Source of the DNA: an uncultured virus (IMG/VR IMGVR_UViG_3300031247_000001)
Taxonomy: Duplodnaviria > Heunggongvirae > Uroviricota > Caudoviricetes
IMG/VR virus record: IMGVR_UViG_3300031247_000001
Reading direction: 5' to 3' (one strand)
Length of the DNA stretch: 64,000 bases
In this document: piece by piece, positions 59,296-64,000 of the stretch
Numbering within the stretch: position 1 is the first letter of the stretch
How the letters are laid out: each line of letters begins with the position of its first letter
Translations under genes and position numbers: made by a program
Notes under the pieces: generated by a model
Told to the model about the DNA's origin: nothing
The model's input: the letters and a program-made list of their open reading frames with translations, nothing else
Database searches by the model: none

Positions 59296-59521
59296 AGGCA
59301 GCGCGACGCCTACGGAAGTCGCGACCACGCGGTGCTGGGGCAAAGGGAGCTCGGCCCCTACGGAAGCCGAGACAAGCCATGACCGAGAAACGACCGCCAG
59401 GGTTTAGACAAGTGCAAAGGGAGCTCGGCCCCTACGGAAGCCGAGACAAATCCTGCCGGGCGGCTACCTGGCCTATCTCGACACGGTGCAAAGGGAGCTC
59501 GGCCCCTACGGAAGCCGAGAC
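59290..59521. CRISPR. CRISPR-like mini-array: 4 repeats with spacers of 12, 38 and 38 nt
   Basis: Repeats at 59290-59325 (diverged), 59338-59373, 59412-59447 and 59486-59521; the last two are identical, GTGCAAAGGGAGCTCGGCCCCTACGGAAGCCGAGAC. Confidence 0.88.
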
Positions 59522-59593
59522 CTGCTAGGTTTGCGAGGGGGCTAGCGGCCAGAATTTGACTTCGGATCCGGTACCCGGGTAGCCTCTCGTTCA

Positions 59594-59974
59594 ATGGCCG
59601 TTGCAATTGGATCCCGCGTCGCGCTCAAGACTCTTGGACAAGGTCTGGCCATCGGCCAGGTGACCGCTCAGCCGCCCGTCTTTGGCGTGTCGCAGACGGC
59701 CTCCCCGGGCCCTTGCGTCATCGACTGGGAGAACGGCGCTCAAGCCACGGTGCCGCTCGCGGTGCTGGACGAACTCCTCGGGGCCAACCCGACTACGCTC
59801 GGTCTCATCGGGCAGGTCGTCAACGTCGAGGGGCAGTCGGCGGCGTACAATGCCCTCGTGGTCGATGCCTACAACCGCAACGGCACTCAAGAGCTCGTGC
59901 TCGTCAAGACCCTAAACAACGGGACGTACTTCGAGCTCGACGCCACCACCGTCGTCCCGCAACCGAACCTCTGA
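59594..59974 (+). CDS. Putative virion protein
   Basis: Preceded by TTGACT-N18-TAGCCT (59556-59585); beta-rich. Confidence 0.6.
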   Translation: MAVAIGSRVALKTLGQGLAIGQVTAQPPVFGVSQTASPGPCVIDWENGAQATVPLAVLDELLGANPTTLGLIGQVVNVEGQSAAYNALVVDAYNRNGTQELVLVKTLNNGTYFELDATTVVPQPNL

Positions 59975-59979
59975 GCCCG

Positions 59980-60324
59980 GTGGACCTCGACGCTCGCACG
60001 TCGTGCCTGCGCGCCGTGACGCTCGTCGCGCGCAATGCTCGGCTCTGCGCTTCAGTGGACCCGGTCTCCGACACGTACAAGTCGGCGGTGGCCTCCGCCG
60101 TGCGGGTGGGCGAGCGCGCCGCCGGCTACTTCAAGACGATGAAGGGCGATCACGCGCCGCACGAGCGCCAGGTGCGCGTCGTCGGCGACGCGCTCGAAGA
60201 GGCGGAGATCTGCGTGAGGCAGCTAGTCTCCGGGCTCACGGACGCTGATGATCTGGCGCTCCAGGCGGAGAAGATTGAGCGGGCGGTGGCGCGGGCGGAG
60301 AGGCTGATAGCGGCTCCTGGTTAG
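59980..60324 (+). CDS. Hypothetical helical protein
   Basis: GTG start just after the upstream stop. Confidence 0.45.
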   Translation: MDLDARTSCLRAVTLVARNARLCASVDPVSDTYKSAVASAVRVGERAAGYFKTMKGDHAPHERQVRVVGDALEEAEICVRQLVSGLTDADDLALQAEKIERAVARAERLIAAPG

Positions 60325-60360
60325 GAGGATTCGTGGCCCAATCGGGAACGGCGATGGCGG

Positions 60361-60633
60361 CTAGTTCGCGACGGCGCTGTCGTGCTCGAGAATCCAGCGT
60401 GTGTAAGTCGTCTGCAAGTCGAGCCAAAACTCAGGACTCGTCTTGAGTGCAGCGGCGAAGCCGAGTCGCACCGTCATGAACACCCCAGTCGGCATCGAGA
60501 CGTGGCTCACGTAGGTGCCCCAAGGCTTCGGGGGGCGCGATCGCAGGAATGGGTAGGCAATCGCCATGAGAAACAAGACGAAGCAGGAGGCCGCGACGAT
60601 CGCGGAGTCTGGGATCGTAAACGATAGGTGCAT
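60361..60633 (-). CDS. Small membrane protein with HigA-like C-terminal motif
   Basis: TM followed by AALKTSPEFWLDLQ. Confidence 0.45.
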   Translation of the reverse strand: MHLSFTIPDSAIVAASCFVLFLMAIAYPFLRSRPPKPWGTYVSHVSMPTGVFMTVRLGFAAALKTSPEFWLDLQTTYTRWILEHDSAVAN

Positions 60634-60959
60634 CAAGGCTCCTCGGGATAGATGTCTGCAGGATTGCCGCCCAGGCTCTTCACGAGCTCGGCGAGTTGCT
60701 GACTCCGCTTCCGCGCGGCGTCCCGCTCCAGCATCAAAACTTGCACCACACGCGGCGTGATCCTCGTCACGAACTCCTGGTCCGCTGCGCTCGACCAAGT
60801 CACGTCGTAGTCTCCGCCATAGCAGAGCGTGAGCCCGTCCTGAAAGCGGATGACACCCGTATAGTCGGTCGTGCGGTAGCAGTCGGTGGCGTTCTTGATG
60901 AGTTCCCGGAGCTCGTCGTCGGTAGGGAACGCGGCAGAAGGATCTGGATCTTGAGACAT
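60633..60959 (-). CDS. Ead/Ea22-like hypothetical protein
   Basis: ELRELIKNAT...DQEFVTRITPRVVQVLMLE pattern. Confidence 0.4.
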   Translation of the reverse strand: MSQDPDPSAAFPTDDELRELIKNATDCYRTTDYTGVIRFQDGLTLCYGGDYDVTWSSAADQEFVTRITPRVVQVLMLERDAARKRSQQLAELVKSLGGNPADIYPEEP

Positions 60960-60984
60960 ACGAGTGATAGTAGCCAACTGTCTC

Positions 60985-61845
60985 ATGGAGATCCAGCCCG
61001 AAGAATTCCCGTGCGCGCAATGCGGAAAAGGTTTTCCAAAAGGAGCATTCGTCGGTAAGCGAGGCCAGCTGATCCGCACCTGCGTCGGGTGCCGCGAGCT
61101 CTACTCCGGGGACTACGGCATCCGTGGATCGGTGCCGCGTCGCTTGCTCCGCGTGGTGTCGCCGACCGGCCAAGCGCGGGTCACCTGGATCCCGAAGAGC
61201 GGCAATAAGAAGCTCGGCGGCATCCCGGCGTCAATCGTCTCGCCCGAGACCTGCCCGCCGTCGTGCGGCTTCTACGGCAAGGGCTGCTACGCGGAGTTCG
61301 GGGCCTCAGGCCATCATTGGCGGAACGTCGAGCACAATGGCATCGAGTGGGGAGATTTTCTCGCCTGCGTCAGCGCCCTGCCGAAGGGACAGCTCTGGCG
61401 CTACGCCGTCGCCGGAGATCTCCCGGGACAGGGAGAAGAGGTCGATCTCCGCGCGCTGTCCGATCTCGTGCGAGCAAACCAGGGCAAGCGCGGGTTTGCG
61501 TTTACGCACAAGGCGGTCACTCGCAGCAATGATCTGATGCTCCTTTCGGCCAACGCGATGGGCTTCACCGTCAACCTCTCTGCCGACACGCTCGAAGAGG
61601 CCGACCAGAAAGCGCGCTTCGGGCTCCCCGTCGCCGTCGTGCTGCCCGAGCACGCGTCCGGCGACATCCGCACGCCCGAAGGCCGCCGCGTCGTCATCTG
61701 CCCGGCGCAGCTGCGCGACGACATCACGTGCGCGTCGTGCCAGCTCTGCAGCGTGAGCTCGCGCAAGGGCATCGTGGGGTTCCGGGCGCACGGGCAGATG
61801 AAGAAGACCGTGTCGAAGATCGCAGAGGGAACAAAGATCGCATGA
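60985..61845 (+). CDS. Cys-rich GP88/DUF7227-like (possible Fe-S) protein
   Basis: SGNKKLG, TCPPSC..GCYA, WRYAVAGD, ICPAQ..TCASCQLC and FRAHG. Confidence 0.6.
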   Translation: MEIQPEEFPCAQCGKGFPKGAFVGKRGQLIRTCVGCRELYSGDYGIRGSVPRRLLRVVSPTGQARVTWIPKSGNKKLGGIPASIVSPETCPPSCGFYGKGCYAEFGASGHHWRNVEHNGIEWGDFLACVSALPKGQLWRYAVAGDLPGQGEEVDLRALSDLVRANQGKRGFAFTHKAVTRSNDLMLLSANAMGFTVNLSADTLEEADQKARFGLPVAVVLPEHASGDIRTPEGRRVVICPAQLRDDITCASCQLCSVSSRKGIVGFRAHGQMKKTVSKIAEGTKIA

Positions 61846-62345
61846 CGCAATGGTTTTTGGATACGGAGTTCGATGAGGACGGGAAAACGATCGAGCTCAT
61901 CTCGATCGGTCTCGTCTCCGACGAGGGCCACGAATACGAAGCGGTGAGTCGGGAGTTCGATCCGCTGCATTGCAACGAATGGGTGCGCGAAAACGTGCTC
62001 GGAAAGCTCCCGCCTCCGGGCGATTCGCGCTGGAAGACGCGCGCCCAGATCCGGGGAGAGATCACAGCGATCGTGCTCGCGGGTAGCTCGACTGCGCCGA
62101 AGTTCTACGGGTACTACGCCGACTACGATTGGGTCGTGCTCTGCCAGCTCTTCGGCAGGATGGTGGACTTGCCACCAGGGTTCCCGAGGTACTGCCGAGA
62201 TCTGAGGCAGATGCTCGACGACTATGACAACCTTCGGAAAAGCGATCTGCCCGTGCAGCCCGAGGGCACCGAGCACAGCGCGATCGATGATGCGCGCTGG
62301 GTACGCGATAGCGTGCTCTGGATCCAGAAGTGGTGTAACCGGTGA
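61842..62345 (+). CDS. DEDD 3'-5' exonuclease (Rv2179c/RNase AS-like)
   Basis: FLDTEF, LISIGLV, WVRENVL, YDWVV and HSAIDDARW. Confidence 0.85.
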   Translation: MTQWFLDTEFDEDGKTIELISIGLVSDEGHEYEAVSREFDPLHCNEWVRENVLGKLPPPGDSRWKTRAQIRGEITAIVLAGSSTAPKFYGYYADYDWVVLCQLFGRMVDLPPGFPRYCRDLRQMLDDYDNLRKSDLPVQPEGTEHSAIDDARWVRDSVLWIQKWCNR

Positions 62346-62394
62346 GCTTCGTGAGGGGAGACAACCGTCGCGTCATGAAGGGCACGGGCAAGCG

Positions 62395-62919
62395 ATGACG
62401 CCGACGACGCGGTTCTATCAGGTGCGGGTCAAAAATGGCCTCGAGTGGGCACGGATCTGGATCACGAGCGACGGGTGCATCTCGATCGTCAGCGACTACG
62501 GAAACTTCGGGTATTGGTTTGGGTCGCCTGCGTGCGAGTTTCGGGAGTTCCTGGTTCGGTGCGGAGACGATTACCTGCAGAAAAAACTCTCCGATGGCAG
62601 GAAGGAGATTGACGCGCAGGCAACAGAAAAGTGTGCCAAGCGGCTCGTGCTCGAAGCGCGCCGCGCGCGCTCCCTCGATCGTCAGCCATCCCGCGACGAA
62701 TGGGAAGCGTTGGCTCAAGTCGAGTGGTGCTCGGAATACTCGCGCTGTAAGTGGTACTTCGAGGAGACGCAGCTCTCGGGCGCCACTGAGGTGCTCCAAT
62801 ACCGCACCCCCATGAACGTGCAGATGTTCCTGAAGGTGCTGTGGCCGCTGTTCGTGGAGAAGCTCGAGGCGGAGCTAGCGGCCGAAGCGGAGCTTGCTCA
62901 CCCGGGGTTTACGGACTGA
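62395..62919 (+). CDS. Phage hypothetical protein
   Basis: SDYGNFGYW..DYLQKK motif. Confidence 0.6.
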   Translation: MTPTTRFYQVRVKNGLEWARIWITSDGCISIVSDYGNFGYWFGSPACEFREFLVRCGDDYLQKKLSDGRKEIDAQATEKCAKRLVLEARRARSLDRQPSRDEWEALAQVEWCSEYSRCKWYFEETQLSGATEVLQYRTPMNVQMFLKVLWPLFVEKLEAELAAEAELAHPGFTD

Positions 62920-63137
62920 TGATCCGTGTGGGAAGCAAGCCGACGCCCATCGAGCGGCTAGTGTTGGCGCGACTTGCGCGCGGAGAAGATCCGGCTCCGC
63001 ATCGACTGCGGGCGCGCGTCGATCTTCAGGCGATCGGGCGGCTGCGCAAACGGGGCTACGTCAACTACGGCTACGTGGAGGGAGATCCGAAGCCTCGGTA
63101 TTACCTGACCTTGCGAGGGCAAGAGATTGTAAAATGA
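62919..63137 (+). CDS. Small wHTH-like protein
   Basis: RLRKRGYV...YYLTLRGQE. Confidence 0.5.
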   Translation: MIRVGSKPTPIERLVLARLARGEDPAPHRLRARVDLQAIGRLRKRGYVNYGYVEGDPKPRYYLTLRGQEIVK

Positions 63138-63388
63138 AAAAGCCCAGCCGTCTCGAACGCGCGGTCATCCGAGCCCGCGAAGCTCTAAAGCTCGGTGAAG
63201 AGCGCCTGCTCGAGAGGCTCCGCGTGGCCCAAGAAGCGCTCGGCGACGCTTGCTCGCACCCGCAAACCTTCAAATACCAGTGGCAGACGCGCGGTTCCCT
63301 CGCGAACTTCGTCACGGGCGAGCGCTGCAAGCTGTGCGACAAACGGCGGCCTTTTGCGGGTCGCGGCCGCTGGCAGAAGGGGCACTGA
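63134..63388 (+). CDS. Small Zn-binding protein
   Basis: CSH..CKLC. Confidence 0.45.
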   Translation: MKKPSRLERAVIRAREALKLGEERLLERLRVAQEALGDACSHPQTFKYQWQTRGSLANFVTGERCKLCDKRRPFAGRGRWQKGH

Positions 63389-63443
63389 GGGCGATGCCTC
63401 AAGAAATTGACCCCATGCTCACAGCCGGGATACCCTCCGGGTC

Positions 63444-64000
63444 ATGGTGCGTCCCCGCCTGCGGTCCAATCGCCTCCCTGTTGCCCCTCCGCCTCTTCGC
63501 CACCGGGCGCATGCTCCGTCCGGCGCTGCCCGGGAGAGCTCGCTTGAGCGCGTGCGGCGCATCGCCCGCGAGCACCGAGCCAAAGAGAGGCCATTCGATC
63601 CAGAGAAGCGGGGAACCTGGAAGGGATCTTCCCGAGATCTCGTCGTGAACCCCACCCGCGCTCGCCGCGGCGACAAGCACGGTCGCGAAACGGACGAAGA
63701 ATTTCTGGTCATTGAAGAAACGGACTCCAATGAGGCCGGTTACATCTTCATCAACCCAACGGACTACCCGCAGAGTCGGCATCACGGCATCGGCTCGCGC
63801 ACGAAACTCTTCGGATTGCACTTCGGGGCGTATGGCTGGACCAAGGTGCTTGTCTGGTCGGATAGCCTGGAAGACGCGCTCGAGGAGGCTGCCGGGTGGC
63901 TCGCTGACCATGCGCCCGGGATCTTCGTCGACCAAGAAAATCTCGCAGAGCTCGAGAAAGAGGCTATCGAGGAAGCTCGCGAGGAAAACCCGGACGCTGA
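63444..64000 (+). CDS. Partial hypothetical protein running off the window end
   Basis: Manual translation MVRPRLRS...FGAYGWTKVLVWSDSLEDALEEAA, open to the end; TTGACC-N18-TACCCT upstream at 63407-63436. Confidence 0.6.
   Translation, partial: MVRPRLRSNRLPVAPPPLRHRAHAPSGAARESSLERVRRIAREHRAKERPFDPEKRGTWKGSSRDLVVNPTRARRGDKHGRETDEEFLVIEETDSNEAGYIFINPTDYPQSRHHGIGSRTKLFGLHFGAYGWTKVLVWSDSLEDALEEAAGWLADHAPGIFVDQENLAELEKEAIEEAREENPDA

Noticed and set aside
63399..63935. 178-aa minus-strand ORF at the window end
   Set aside because: The plus-strand frame from 63444 has a promoter, matches the neighbouring genes' orientation and gives a more natural protein.

Overview
This window is a GC-rich, densely packed segment of a large bacterial virus or provirus. 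The host is possibly a myxobacterium, which is inference only. No terminase, portal, recognisable major capsid, integrase or cas gene is visible. From 1 to 28.8 kb most genes lie on the minus strand. They include a transglutaminase-like protein, an apparently inactivated RuvC, a solitary HicB, a FliA-like sigma factor, a C1 peptidase, a MazG-like NTP pyrophosphatase, DnaB, a DnaA C-terminal HTH protein, ThyX, a P-loop kinase, a degenerate DnaC-like loader, a replication initiator with an internal ori-like repeat region, a DnaN clamp and many small ORFs. From 28.8 to 64 kb most genes lie on the plus strand. They include small membrane/virion-like proteins, three Gly-X-Gln collagen-like fibres interleaved with glycosyltransferase, methyltransferase and 2OG-Fe(II) oxygenase genes, a receiver domain, a Fis-like HTH, a second sigma factor, lysis genes, a Cys-rich GP88-like protein and a DEDD exonuclease. 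Four non-coding signals stand out. (1) Two Cas-less CRISPR-like mini-arrays (35043-35150 and 59290-59521) share one 36-bp repeat with a covarying hairpin, and one spacer is a diverged match to a gene junction of this same element (28465-28499). (2) Two tandem non-autonomous IS-like units are bounded by 20-bp inverted repeats and three copies of the 8-bp direct repeat CACAACCT. (3) A recurring promoter, AAAA[C/G]TTGNNN-N18-TAGNNT, precedes presumed structural genes. (4) A ~370-bp duplicated promoter/leader/anchor module heads two fibre genes. All product calls come from motif reading; no database searches were run.
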